Below are positions 1 through 8,964 of a stretch of 62,352 bases of DNA, piece by piece. The notes under the pieces are model-generated. The model worked only from the letters and a program-made list of their open reading frames with translations. It had not been told where the DNA came from and ran no database searches. The position numbers and the translations under genes were made by a program. The first letter of the stretch is position 1. Each line of letters starts with the position of its first letter. Source of the stretch: Anaerolineales bacterium (GTDB lineage Bacteria > Chloroflexota > Anaerolineae > Anaerolineales > UBA6663); NCBI GenBank assembly GCA_033577755.1, contig JAVQXV010000002.1, forward strand, positions 1 through 62,352, read 5' to 3'.

Positions 1-54
1 TCGGCTTCGCTCAGCGTCCGCTCAGGGTGCGGCTGACATGTTTTGCGTGCACAC
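1..54 (+). mobile_element. Partial copy (right end) of MITE/REP-like dispersed repeat
   Basis: cttcgctcagcgtccgctcagggtgcggctgacatgttttgcgtgcac is nearly identical to 46381-46428 and similar to the reverse complement of 18976-19015. Confidence 0.75.
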
Positions 55-140
55 AAGAACGCTAAGAAGACGCTAAGAAAGACAAAAGCGAATCCCGTGC
101 GCCCTTCGCCGCGCTCTTCGCGGCATCGCGGTGGGATCGT

Positions 141-196
141 AGTTTTTGCGGTGGGGTCACAGACTTTCTCTGCGAAAATCTGCGTAATCTGCGGAT
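141..196. repeat. Second dispersed repeat family (tttctctgcgaaaatctgcgtaatctgcgga type)
   Basis: Reverse complement aligns with 35787-35841 (shared core cagNttttcgcagagaaaNtctg). Confidence 0.65.
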
Positions 197-220
197 ACAT
201 TAGGCTGGCCAGGCGGTTCC

Positions 221-325
221 TCCGCCACCCGCTATCTACCATCAGCTATCCGCTATCCGCCATCCGCCATCTGCTATCCGCTATCCGCCATCCGCCATCT
301 GCTATCCGCCATCCGCCATCCGCTA
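221..325. repeat. Heptamer tandem array, 15 units of consensus TCYGCYA
   Basis: Counted directly: tccgcca/tccgcta/tctgcta units from 221 to 325. Confidence 0.9.
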
Positions 326-329
326 TAAT
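324..329 (+). promoter_or_regulatory. -10 box TATAAT, probable leaderless promoter of the GT4 gene
   Basis: Perfect TATAAT 6 nt before ATG 336; no Shine-Dalgarno. Confidence 0.55.
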
Positions 330-335
330 CGCCGT

Positions 336-1469
336 ATGCCTCACCTCGCGCTCAACGCGCACCTGTTGCACGGCGGCGCGTCCTATCGCAGCGCAGGCAT
401 CCACCAGTACATCTTCAATCTGTTGCGGCACCTGCCGGAGGCTGCCCCGGATTTCGATTTCACGGTCTTCGTCGGCGCCGGCCGGCCGGAGATGGCGCGG
501 GCGCGCATCGAGCGCAGCCGCTGGCCGACGCAGCGCCCGCTCATCCGTATTCTGTGGGAACAGTGCGTGCAGCCGCTGGCGCTGGTGCGTCTCCGCCCCG
601 ACCTGTTGCACTCGCTCGCCTTCGCCTCGCCGCTACTCAATCCCGCGCCCGCCGTCGTCACCGTGTACGACCTCTCCTTTCGATTGTTCCCGCAGAACTT
701 CCCCATCGCGCAGCGGCTGTATCTCTCGGCCTTCACAGCCCTCTCCTGCCGGCGCGCGCGCCGCGTCATCGCAATTTCGGAGAGCACGAAGGCGGATGTG
801 TGTCGGTTGCTCGGCGTGAGCGGCGAGCGCGTGGACGTGGCCTACCCCGGCGTGGATCCGCGCTTCCGCCCGCTGCCGCCCGCCGAGGTGGAGGCGTTTC
901 GCGCACGCGCCGGCCTGCCGGAAAGGTTCATCCTCTACCTCGGCACCCTCGAACCGCGCAAAAACCTCGGTACGCTGATTGATGCCTTCGCCCGCCTTCA
1001 ATCTTCAATCTCTAATCCCCAATTCTCCAACTTCCACCTCATCCTGGCCGGCGCGAAGGGCTGGTTCTATCAGAGCCTGTTCGAGCAGGTGGAGCGGCTC
1101 GGCCTGCGCGGGCGGGTGCACTTCCCCGGCTATCTGCCGGCAGACGAGCTGCCGTTGTGGTATAACGCCTGTGCCGTATTCGTCTATCCATCATCCTTCG
1201 AGGGCTTTGGGATGCCGGTGGTCGAGGCGCTGGCCTGCGCCCGGCCCGTCGTCACTTCGAACGTCTCGTCGCTGCCGGAGGCCGGCGGCGAGGCGGCGAT
1301 GCTCACCGCGCCCGGCGACGTGGACGCGCTCGCGGCGGCGTTGAACCGGGCGCTGACCGACGGCGGCGAGCCGGCGAGGCGCGGCCCGGCCCACGCGGCG
1401 CGCTTCTCCTGGCCGGCCACGGCGCGCTGCACGGTGGAGTGCTATCGCAAGGCCCTGACCGACCGCTGA
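336..1469 (+). CDS. Glycosyltransferase family 4 (GT-B)
   Basis: LGTLEPRKNL, FVYPSSFEGFGMPVVEALAC and SNVSSLPE motifs. Confidence 0.92.
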   Translation: MPHLALNAHLLHGGASYRSAGIHQYIFNLLRHLPEAAPDFDFTVFVGAGRPEMARARIERSRWPTQRPLIRILWEQCVQPLALVRLRPDLLHSLAFASPLLNPAPAVVTVYDLSFRLFPQNFPIAQRLYLSAFTALSCRRARRVIAISESTKADVCRLLGVSGERVDVAYPGVDPRFRPLPPAEVEAFRARAGLPERFILYLGTLEPRKNLGTLIDAFARLQSSISNPQFSNFHLILAGAKGWFYQSLFEQVERLGLRGRVHFPGYLPADELPLWYNACAVFVYPSSFEGFGMPVVEALACARPVVTSNVSSLPEAGGEAAMLTAPGDVDALAAALNRALTDGGEPARRGPAHAARFSWPATARCTVECYRKALTDR

Positions 1470-1502
1470 CCGCCGACGGCGGTCGGTCGCCGATGGTCGT
1501 AC

Positions 1503-2915
1503 ATGAAGCGTTACCGTAGTCTGTTGCTGCTCCTCCTCCTGGATGTTGTGCTCATCAACGTCGCCTTCGGGCTGGCGTACTACCTGCGCTACATCGCACA
1601 GTGGATTGTGCCGGTGGGCGAGCAGTTCTTCGCGCCGTATTCCGAATACTTCCTGATGCAGGCAGCGTTCACCGGCCTCATGCTCTTCTTCCTGTACGCC
1701 GACGGCGCCTACACGTCGCAGCGCGGCGGCAGCTGGCTCAATGAGGTCTATCGCATCATCAGCGCCACCACCACCGCCGGCGTGATTTTGCTGGTGGCCG
1801 TCTTCCTGCTGCTGCCGCTGGTGTACTCCCGCCTGATGATCATCTGGGTGATCGTGCTCACGGTCAGCCTGTTGAGCGTGGCGCGCCTGATTCTGCGCTG
1901 GGTGCGCGCGCAGCTGCGGCGGCGGGGGATCGGCGTGGCGCGCGTGCTCATCGTCGGCGCGGGCGAGCTGGGGCGTGCCGTCGTCCGCACCATCGCCGCG
2001 CGCGCCGACCTCGGCTACCGCGTGGTGGGCTTCATTGACGACAACCCGTCCAAATCCGAACTGGGGCGGCTGAAGAACCTCGGCGCGCTGGAGAGGGTGG
2101 AGGAGATTCTGCGCGAAGAGCCGGTGGACGAGGTCATCATCACGCTGCCCTGGATGTACCAGCGCAAAATTGCGGCGCTGGTGCGTGCCTGCGAAGCTGC
2201 CGGCGTGCGCGTGCGCATCGCGCCCGATGTGTTTCAGCTCTCGCTTAGCCGGCTGGATGTGGATGACATCGGCGGCATCCCGCTCATCGGCATCAAAGAG
2301 GCGCGCATCTCGCGGGTGGGCCGCATCATGAAGCGCGTGCTGGACATCGTCATCGCCATCGTCGTGCTGACGGTGATGGCGCTGCCGATGGCGCTGGTGG
2401 CCTGGCTCATTCGGCTCGATTCGCCCGGCCCGGCGCTCTTCCGGCAGACGCGGGTGGGCGAGCGCGGGCGCACCTTCACCATCTACAAATTCCGCTCGAT
2501 GCGTGAGGGCGCGGAGGAGGAGCTGGAGCACCTCTGGGAGTACAATGAAGCAAGCGGGCCGCTGTTCAAGATTCGGAACGACCCGCGCCAGACGCGGCTG
2601 GGCCGGCTGCTGCGCCGCACCAGCTTCGACGAGCTGCCGCAATTTTTCAACGTGCTGCGCGGCGAGATGAGCGTGGTGGGGCCGCGCCCGGCCCTGCCTC
2701 ATGAAGTGGAACAGTATCTGCCCTGGCAGCGGCAGCGGCTGGAGGTGCAGCCCGGCATCACCGGCCTGTCGCAGGTCTCGGGCCGGAGCGACCTGACCTT
2801 CGATGAGAGCTGCCTGCTCGATATCTATTACATCGAGAACTGGTCGCTCGCGCTAGACCTTACCATCATGCTGCGCACCATCCCGCGCGTGATCTTCGGG
2901 AATGGGGCGTATTAG
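1503..2915 (+). CDS. Undecaprenyl-phosphate sugar phosphotransferase (WcaJ/CpsE family)
   Basis: N-terminal TM helices, IVGAGELG, IYKFRSM, DELPQFFNVLRGEMSVVGPRP, PGITGLSQV. Confidence 0.92.
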   Translation: MKRYRSLLLLLLLDVVLINVAFGLAYYLRYIAQWIVPVGEQFFAPYSEYFLMQAAFTGLMLFFLYADGAYTSQRGGSWLNEVYRIISATTTAGVILLVAVFLLLPLVYSRLMIIWVIVLTVSLLSVARLILRWVRAQLRRRGIGVARVLIVGAGELGRAVVRTIAARADLGYRVVGFIDDNPSKSELGRLKNLGALERVEEILREEPVDEVIITLPWMYQRKIAALVRACEAAGVRVRIAPDVFQLSLSRLDVDDIGGIPLIGIKEARISRVGRIMKRVLDIVIAIVVLTVMALPMALVAWLIRLDSPGPALFRQTRVGERGRTFTIYKFRSMREGAEEELEHLWEYNEASGPLFKIRNDPRQTRLGRLLRRTSFDELPQFFNVLRGEMSVVGPRPALPHEVEQYLPWQRQRLEVQPGITGLSQVSGRSDLTFDESCLLDIYYIENWSLALDLTIMLRTIPRVIFGNGAY

Positions 2916-2977
2916 TCTCTAATCTCCAATCTCTGATCTCTCAAACGGAGATTGAAGATTAGAGATTGGAGATTGGG
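2916..2977. repeat. Inverted heptamer arrays (ATCTCYA / TRGAGAT) able to form a hairpin
   Basis: tctctaatctccaatctctgatctc ... gagattgaagattagagattggagatt. Confidence 0.8.
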
Positions 2978-2982
2978 TCTTC

Positions 2983-4272
2983 ATGCCACTCGACATCCTC
3001 GTGGGCGCGCAGTGGGGCGATGAAGGCAAGGGCCGCATCACCGACCTGCTGGCCGAAAACGCCCACATCGTTGCGCGCTACTCCGGCGGCGACAACGCCG
3101 GCCACACCGTCACCGTCGGGCAGCAGCGCTACAAGCTGCACCTGCTGCCCTCCGGCGTCCTCCAGCCGCACGTGGTGAGCGTGCTGGGCAACGGCATGGT
3201 CATCAACCCGGCGCGGCTGATTGCGGAGCTGGAACAGCTGGCGGCCTCCGGCGTGGACGTGTCGCCGGCGCGCATCAAGGTCTCGGCGGCTGCCCACCTC
3301 ATCACACCCGCGCACATCGCCCTTGACCGCGCCGAGGAAGCGGCCCGCAGCGGCGGCAAAATCGGCACCACCGGTCGCGGCATCGGCCCGGCCTACACCG
3401 GCAAGGTGGCGCGTCACGGCCTGCGCGCCGAGCTGTTGCTCCGCCCCGAGGAACTCGGCGACCGCGTCGCGGAGCATATCCGGCAAACCAACCTATATCT
3501 CGAAAAGCTGTACGGCCAGCCCGCGCTGGATGCCGTCGCCATCGCCGCCGACTTCGCCGCGTACGCGCAGCGTTTGGCGCCCTACCTCACCGACACCTCG
3601 CTCTACCTGCATCGGCAGTTGCAGGCCGGCGCGCGCGTCATCGCCGAAGGCGCGCAGGGCACGCTGCTCGACGTGGACCACGGCACGTATCCATACGTCA
3701 CCAGCTCCTCGCCCTCTGCCGGCGGCGTGTTCAACGGGCTGGGAGTCGGCCCGCGATTTGTGGGTCGCGTGCTGGGCGTGACCAAGGCGTTTCAGACGCG
3801 CGTGGGCGAAGGCCCCTTCCCCACCGAGGCCTTCGGCGCGGAGGCCGAACGGCTGCGCGGCACCGGCAGCAACCCGTGGGACGAGTTCGGCACGACGACG
3901 GGCCGCCCGCGTCGCTGCGGCTGGCTCGACCTGGTGCTGCTGCGCTACGCCATCCGCGTCAACGGCCTGACCGAGCTGGTGCTGACCAAGCTCGACGTGC
4001 TCTCCGGCCTGGAGACCATCCGGCTGTGCACGGCCTACACGGCGCACGGGACTCACTATGAGGAACTGCCGCTCGGCCCGGCAGACCTTTCGCCCTTCAC
4101 CGCCGAGTACGAAATGCTGCCCGGCTGGGACGCGGACGTGACCGGCGCGCGCCGCCTGAGCGATTTGCCCGAGGCCGCGCGCAACTACATCCGCCGCATC
4201 GAGGAACTGACCGGTGTGCCGGTGACGATGGTCAGCGTCGGGCCGGAGCGCAGCCAGATTATCTTCGTTTAG
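2983..4272 (+). CDS. purA: Adenylosuccinate synthetase
   Basis: GAQWGDEGKG, GGDNAGHT, IGTTGRGIGPAY, EGAQGTLLD, EFGTTTGRPRRCGWLD. Confidence 0.98.
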   Translation: MPLDILVGAQWGDEGKGRITDLLAENAHIVARYSGGDNAGHTVTVGQQRYKLHLLPSGVLQPHVVSVLGNGMVINPARLIAELEQLAASGVDVSPARIKVSAAAHLITPAHIALDRAEEAARSGGKIGTTGRGIGPAYTGKVARHGLRAELLLRPEELGDRVAEHIRQTNLYLEKLYGQPALDAVAIAADFAAYAQRLAPYLTDTSLYLHRQLQAGARVIAEGAQGTLLDVDHGTYPYVTSSSPSAGGVFNGLGVGPRFVGRVLGVTKAFQTRVGEGPFPTEAFGAEAERLRGTGSNPWDEFGTTTGRPRRCGWLDLVLLRYAIRVNGLTELVLTKLDVLSGLETIRLCTAYTAHGTHYEELPLGPADLSPFTAEYEMLPGWDADVTGARRLSDLPEAARNYIRRIEELTGVPVTMVSVGPERSQIIFV

Positions 4273-4320
4273 AACGAAAGATAGCCGACTGCGGTCGGCG
4301 GTCTATCCGAAGGAGTGACG

Positions 4321-5127
4321 ATGTCCACCATCCGCAACCTTGCTCGCTTGCTTGGCTTTGGCGCCGCCCTGGTCGCCGCTTACTACACGACGGCCTACGC
4401 GCGCCGCACGCCGCCGCTCTTCAAGCCGCGCGTCATCGCCCATCGCGGTGGGCCAAAATACGGGCCGGAGAACACGCTGGCCGCGTTCGCGCACGCCTTC
4501 GCCCGCGGCGTGACGATGGCCGAGTGCGACGTGCACCTGACGCGCGACGGCGAGACCATCATCATCCACGACGAGACGCTGGAGCGCACCACGAACGGCT
4601 CCGGCTGGGTGATGGACCTGACGCTGGCCGAGTTGAAACAGCTGGACGCCGGCAACGGCGAGCGCCTGCCGACGCTGGCCGAGCTGGTGGAGCTGGCCCG
4701 GCCCCACGGCGCCGAGCTGCTCATCGAGTTGAAGTCGCCGCACCTGTATCCCGGCATCGAGTTCAAGGTGCTGACCGAGCTGGAAGACCTCGGCTACCTC
4801 GACCACTGCATCCTGCAATCGTTCGACTGGGACTGCGTGCGCCGGCTGCGCCAGCTCAAGCCCTCGGCGCGGCTGGGCGCGCTCTACGACGTGGGCAACC
4901 TGGACGTGAGCTGGCCGCCCGCCGACGCCGAGTTCGTCTGCCCGCCCGCTGAGAACGTGCTGCTCAACCCCAACCTGGTGCGCACCGCCCACGGCGAGGG
5001 GCGCGGCGTCTTCGTCTGGTTCAGCCGGGGCGAAGCGCCGTGGCTCTACCGCTACCTCAAGACCTTCGGCGTGGATGGCCTGATCACCGATGACCCGGAC
5101 GCGGCGCGCGAGGCCCTGAGCGCATAG
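4321..5127 (+). CDS. Glycerophosphodiester phosphodiesterase
   Basis: IAHRGG..PENTLAAF, ECDVHLTRDG..IIIHDETLERTT, GVDGLITD; aaggag RBS before ATG 4321. Confidence 0.9.
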   Translation: MSTIRNLARLLGFGAALVAAYYTTAYARRTPPLFKPRVIAHRGGPKYGPENTLAAFAHAFARGVTMAECDVHLTRDGETIIIHDETLERTTNGSGWVMDLTLAELKQLDAGNGERLPTLAELVELARPHGAELLIELKSPHLYPGIEFKVLTELEDLGYLDHCILQSFDWDCVRRLRQLKPSARLGALYDVGNLDVSWPPADAEFVCPPAENVLLNPNLVRTAHGEGRGVFVWFSRGEAPWLYRYLKTFGVDGLITDDPDAAREALSA

Positions 5128-5137
5128 CCCCTTCACC

Positions 5138-7342
5138 GTGCAAACCCTCACCGGCATCGTCGAGCGCATCACCTACTTCAACCCGGAAAACGGCTACTCC
5201 GTCATCCGGCTTGCCGTGCCCGGCCAATCCGACCTCGTCACCGTGGTCGGCACGCTGCCGCAAGTGACGCCCGGCGAAAGCCTGCGCCTCACCGGCCGGT
5301 GGACCGTTCACGCCGACTACGGCAGACAGTTCAAGGCCGAGACCTGCGAACAGGTGCTGCCGGCCACCGTCGAGGGCATCCGCCGTTACCTCGGCTCCGG
5401 CCTGATCAAGGGCATCGGCCCGCGCCTCGCCGAGAGAATCGTCCAGACCTTCGGCGCGGACACGCTCTACGTGATCGACTCCCAGCCGCAGCGCCTGCGC
5501 GAAGTGCCCGACATCGGCCAGAAGCGCTATGCGTGGATCACGCAGGCCTGGGAGCAGCAGAAGGCCATCAAGGAGGTGATGGTCTTCCTGCAATCGCACG
5601 GTGTGAGTGCCGGCCTGGCCGTAAAGATTTACAAGCACTACGGCGACGAGGCGCTGAACGTGGTGAAGACCGACCCCTACCGGCTGGCGCGCGACATCTG
5701 GGGCATCGGCTTCAAGACGGCGGACAAGATTGCCCGCGCCCTCGGCCTGCCCGCCGATGCGCCCACGCGCCTCGAAGCCGGCCTGGTCTACACGCTCAAC
5801 GAGCTGGCCGACGACGGCCACGTCTTTGCCCCGCAGCCGGAGCTGCTCCGCACTGCCGCCGCGCTGCTGGACGTTCCTGCCGAGGCGCTGCCCGCCGCGC
5901 TCGACCGATTGGAGGCCGATGGGCGCATTAAGCGCGAAGCCCTGCAATCTGCCGGTCGCGCCGCCACCGAAGGTGCTCAGGACTCGCTTCCCGCCGTTTA
6001 CCTCACGCCGTTCTATCAGGCGGAGGTCAACGCCGCGCAGCGCCTGCTCGCCCTGCTCGATGCTCCCCACACGCGCCTGCCCGAGTTCGCAACCGCGCCG
6101 GACTGGGACTGGCTCTTCCGACACGCCGTCGAAAAAGACTCGCCGGTGACGCTCTCCGACGAACAACGCGCCGCCGTGCGCACCGCGCTCACCTCCAAAG
6201 TCAGCATCCTCACCGGCGGGCCGGGCACAGGCAAGACCACCACGCTGCGCGCCCTCATCCGCCTGCTCGAAGTGAAGGGACATCCGGTAGCGCTGGCTTC
6301 GCCCACCGGGCGCGCGGCCAAACGCCTGAGCGAGGCCACAGGCCGCCCGGCGCAAACGCTGCACCGCCTGCTCGGCTTCTCGCCCACCGCCGGCTTCACC
6401 GTCAACGAGCACAAGCGCCTGAGCGCGCACTTCGTCATCGTGGACGAGGTCTCGATGCTCGACCTGGTGATGTTCAACAACCTGCTCAAGGCCATCGAGC
6501 CGGGCGCGCACCTGCTGCTGGTGGGCGACGCCGACCAGTTGCCCTCGGTTGGGGCGGGCAACGTGCTCGGCGACCTGATTGCCTGCGGGCGCGTGCCGGT
6601 GGTGCGCCTCAGCGTCATCTTCCGGCAGGCGGCGCGGAGTCACATCATCACCAACGCCCATCACATCAACCAGGGACGGATGCCGTTCTTCGCCAGAGAC
6701 TCGCGCGACTTCTTCCTCTTCACGGTGGATGACCCCGAACAGGCCGCCGAGCGGGTGGTGGATGTGGTCGCCAATCGCATCCCGCGCAAATTCGGGCTGG
6801 ACCCGCTGACGGACGTGCAGGTGCTCGCGCCGATGCATCGCGGCTCGGCCGGCGTGGCCATGCTCAATCAACGCTTACAGGCCGCGCTCAACCCGTCCGC
6901 GCCCAACAAGCCGGAGCGCGCGCTGGGGGGCCGCCTCTTCCGCGTCGGCGACCGGGTGATGCAATTGCGCAACAACTATCAGAAGGAGACGTTCAACGGC
7001 GACATCGGCCGCATCGTGGACATTGACCTGGAGCAGCAGCGCCTGACGGCGGAGTTCGACGGGCGGCCTGTCTTCTACGAATGGGCCGAGGCCGACGAGT
7101 TACAGCACGCCTTCGCCGTCAGCATCCACAAATCGCAAGGCTCGGAGTTCCCGGCGGTCGTCGTGCCGCTGCTCACCCAGCACTACGTGATGCTTCAGCG
7201 GAACCTGCTGTACACGGCAGTGACGCGCGCCCGGCAGCTGTGCGTGCTGGTCGGCAATCACCGCGCTATCGGGCTGGCGGTGAAGAACGCCACCGTGGCG
7301 CAGCGCTGGAGCGGGCTGGCGGAAAGGCTGCGGCGTGTATAA
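5138..7342 (+). CDS. recD2: ATP-dependent RecD-like DNA helicase
   Basis: HhH motif IKGIG, GGPGTGKTT, IVDEVSM, VGDADQLPSVGAG, SIHKSQGSEF, LYTAVTRA. Confidence 0.95.
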   Translation: MQTLTGIVERITYFNPENGYSVIRLAVPGQSDLVTVVGTLPQVTPGESLRLTGRWTVHADYGRQFKAETCEQVLPATVEGIRRYLGSGLIKGIGPRLAERIVQTFGADTLYVIDSQPQRLREVPDIGQKRYAWITQAWEQQKAIKEVMVFLQSHGVSAGLAVKIYKHYGDEALNVVKTDPYRLARDIWGIGFKTADKIARALGLPADAPTRLEAGLVYTLNELADDGHVFAPQPELLRTAAALLDVPAEALPAALDRLEADGRIKREALQSAGRAATEGAQDSLPAVYLTPFYQAEVNAAQRLLALLDAPHTRLPEFATAPDWDWLFRHAVEKDSPVTLSDEQRAAVRTALTSKVSILTGGPGTGKTTTLRALIRLLEVKGHPVALASPTGRAAKRLSEATGRPAQTLHRLLGFSPTAGFTVNEHKRLSAHFVIVDEVSMLDLVMFNNLLKAIEPGAHLLLVGDADQLPSVGAGNVLGDLIACGRVPVVRLSVIFRQAARSHIITNAHHINQGRMPFFARDSRDFFLFTVDDPEQAAERVVDVVANRIPRKFGLDPLTDVQVLAPMHRGSAGVAMLNQRLQAALNPSAPNKPERALGGRLFRVGDRVMQLRNNYQKETFNGDIGRIVDIDLEQQRLTAEFDGRPVFYEWAEADELQHAFAVSIHKSQGSEFPAVVVPLLTQHYVMLQRNLLYTAVTRARQLCVLVGNHRAIGLAVKNATVAQRWSGLAERLRRV

Positions 7343-7361
7343 TGACGACTGGGTTAGGCCG

Positions 7362-7721
7362 ATGACCATCCTGCTCGATGCCGCCGTTCCTGAGCGCGGC
7401 CCCCTGCACATTCGCATTCACGTAGATACCCAAATCAACGTGCCTGCTGCCGAGGCGCGCCAGCGCGTCACGCAGTTCGTTCATCGCCAGCTCAGCAGCC
7501 AGATGCACGGCGGGCCGCCGGTGCTGGTCTTGCGCGAGCGCGCCGTCTGGCGAGTGCCTATTCATCTCACTTTTCCATCCGTGGGCGATGTGGGCCAGGT
7601 GGGCGAGCTGGAAGTGGATGTGGAGACGGGAACACTGGACGTAAACGAGACAGTTCTTCGCAAACTCGAAGAAAATGCCGAAGCGCTTGCTCGACGTTCC
7701 GCTGCGGCGACAACGCGCTGA
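7362..7721 (+). CDS. Conserved hypothetical protein overlapping a C39 peptidase gene
   Basis: ORF containing WRVPIHLTFP..G.VGELEVDVETG; TATAAT at 7338-7343 upstream; start position uncertain. Confidence 0.65.
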   Translation: MTILLDAAVPERGPLHIRIHVDTQINVPAAEARQRVTQFVHRQLSSQMHGGPPVLVLRERAVWRVPIHLTFPSVGDVGQVGELEVDVETGTLDVNETVLRKLEENAEALARRSAAATTR

Positions 7722-8133
7722 GTCCGATTGCCTGCCCGCCTGCGCCCAGATGGTAGTGGAGTTTGCCGGACGCGCCGCCGCTTACGAGCAAATCCGAGAG
7801 CTGCTGGGCACGCGCTGGTTCGGCACTCCTGCCGTCAACCTTCTCCGACTGGAAAAACTGAACCTACGCGTCGAATTAGCCGAGCTTCCCTGGCCGCGCA
7901 TCCAGGAACAACTGGAGCAGGGCCGGCCCGTTATCGCCTTTGTCAGCACCGGCGACCTTCCCTATTGGGGTCTCGACACAGATCACGCCGTTGTGGTGGT
8001 CGGTTTCGATGATGAGCGCGTCTTCGTCAACGATCCTTACTTCGACATCGCTCCGCAGACGGTGCCGCGCACGGCCTTTGAGCTGGCGCAACTGCGCTTC
8101 AACCATCTCTGCGCCGTCGTGACCGTCTCCTGA
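7675..8133 (+). CDS. Stand-alone papain-like C39 family cysteine peptidase
   Basis: Q-x-x-x-x-D-C-LPAC..M, DHAVVVVGFD, VNDP (Gln/Cys/His/Asp catalytic set). Confidence 0.82.
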   Translation: MPKRLLDVPLRRQRAESDCLPACAQMVVEFAGRAAAYEQIRELLGTRWFGTPAVNLLRLEKLNLRVELAELPWPRIQEQLEQGRPVIAFVSTGDLPYWGLDTDHAVVVVGFDDERVFVNDPYFDIAPQTVPRTAFELAQLRFNHLCAVVTVS

Positions 8134-8265
8134 ATTCAACCTTCAGCCAGACGCAAACTTCAATTTCACTCTCTACCTCTTCACGTGCGGCGACGAAGCG
8201 CCCCTCATGGATCGCCGCCAGCATCCGATCTACCCGTATCAGCCAGCTTGAAGTTTTAGCTTGCA

Positions 8266-8946
8266 ATGCCCCACATCGGCACGCTGCGCGAGAGCCACCT
8301 GCACGCCGCGCTCAAGCAATACTACGCCCAACCCGGCGATATTTTTGAGTCGCCCGTGGCCGGCTTCGTCGCCGACATCGTTCGCGGCGACCTGGTTATC
8401 GAAATTCAGACCGCGAACTTCTCGCCGCTCAAGCGCAAGCTGCCGCAACTGCTCCAAACGCACCGGCTGCGGCTGGTACATCCGATTGCAGTGGAGAAAT
8501 GGATTGTGCGCACGGATGCGGCAGGCCGCGTCCTGAGCCGGCGCAAGTCGCCCCGGCGCGGCTGCCTCGAGCACATCTTCCTCGAACTGGTCAGCCTACC
8601 CGAACTGGCCGCGCATCCGAACTTCTCGCTGGAGGTGGCGCTGGTGCGCGAAGAGGAGCGGCGCGCGCCTGCAACCCGCAACCGGCGCCGGCGCAAAGAG
8701 TGGCGCACCGTAGACCGCGTGCTGCTGGAGGTGCTGGACTTCGAAGTCTTCGAGGCCCCCGCCGACTACGCCCACCGCTTTCTGCCCGAGGCCCTACCGC
8801 AGCCGTTCACCAGCCGCGAGCTGGCGCGCGCCCTCGGCCGGCCACATTATCTTGGGCAGAAGGCGACCTACTGCCTACACCGGATGGGCCTGCTGGAGGA
8901 AGCCGGGCGGCGCGGGCGGGCAAAACTCTGGCGGCGGGCTTCGTAG
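8266..8946 (+). CDS. Hypothetical PD-(D/E)XK-like nuclease with possible C-terminal winged helix
   Basis: ES.LH..LK, ADI..GDLVIEIQT (D...ExQ pattern), PFTSRELARALG. Confidence 0.6.
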   Translation: MPHIGTLRESHLHAALKQYYAQPGDIFESPVAGFVADIVRGDLVIEIQTANFSPLKRKLPQLLQTHRLRLVHPIAVEKWIVRTDAAGRVLSRRKSPRRGCLEHIFLELVSLPELAAHPNFSLEVALVREEERRAPATRNRRRRKEWRTVDRVLLEVLDFEVFEAPADYAHRFLPEALPQPFTSRELARALGRPHYLGQKATYCLHRMGLLEEAGRRGRAKLWRRAS

Positions 8947-8964
8947 CGATCCGCAACGGGCCGG

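Noticed and set aside
221-325. CRISPR array
   Set aside because: 7-nt tandem units with no unique spacers and no cas genes
43-819. 258-aa ORF spanning the repeats
   Set aside because: Translation of the heptamer array plus an alternate frame of the GT4 gene
5084-6871. Long antisense and alternate-frame ORFs (also 1191-2702, 38412-39983, 46472-47911, 52994-54538)
   Set aside because: Shadow ORFs typical of high-GC DNA, overlapping well-supported genes
7675-8133. Bacteriocin/RiPP cluster
   Set aside because: No precursor peptide, exporter or modification enzyme adjacent
8137-8250. Short coding-like frame NLQPDANFNFTLYLF...YQPA*
   Set aside because: No convincing start or recognisable family; possibly a remnant but unsupported
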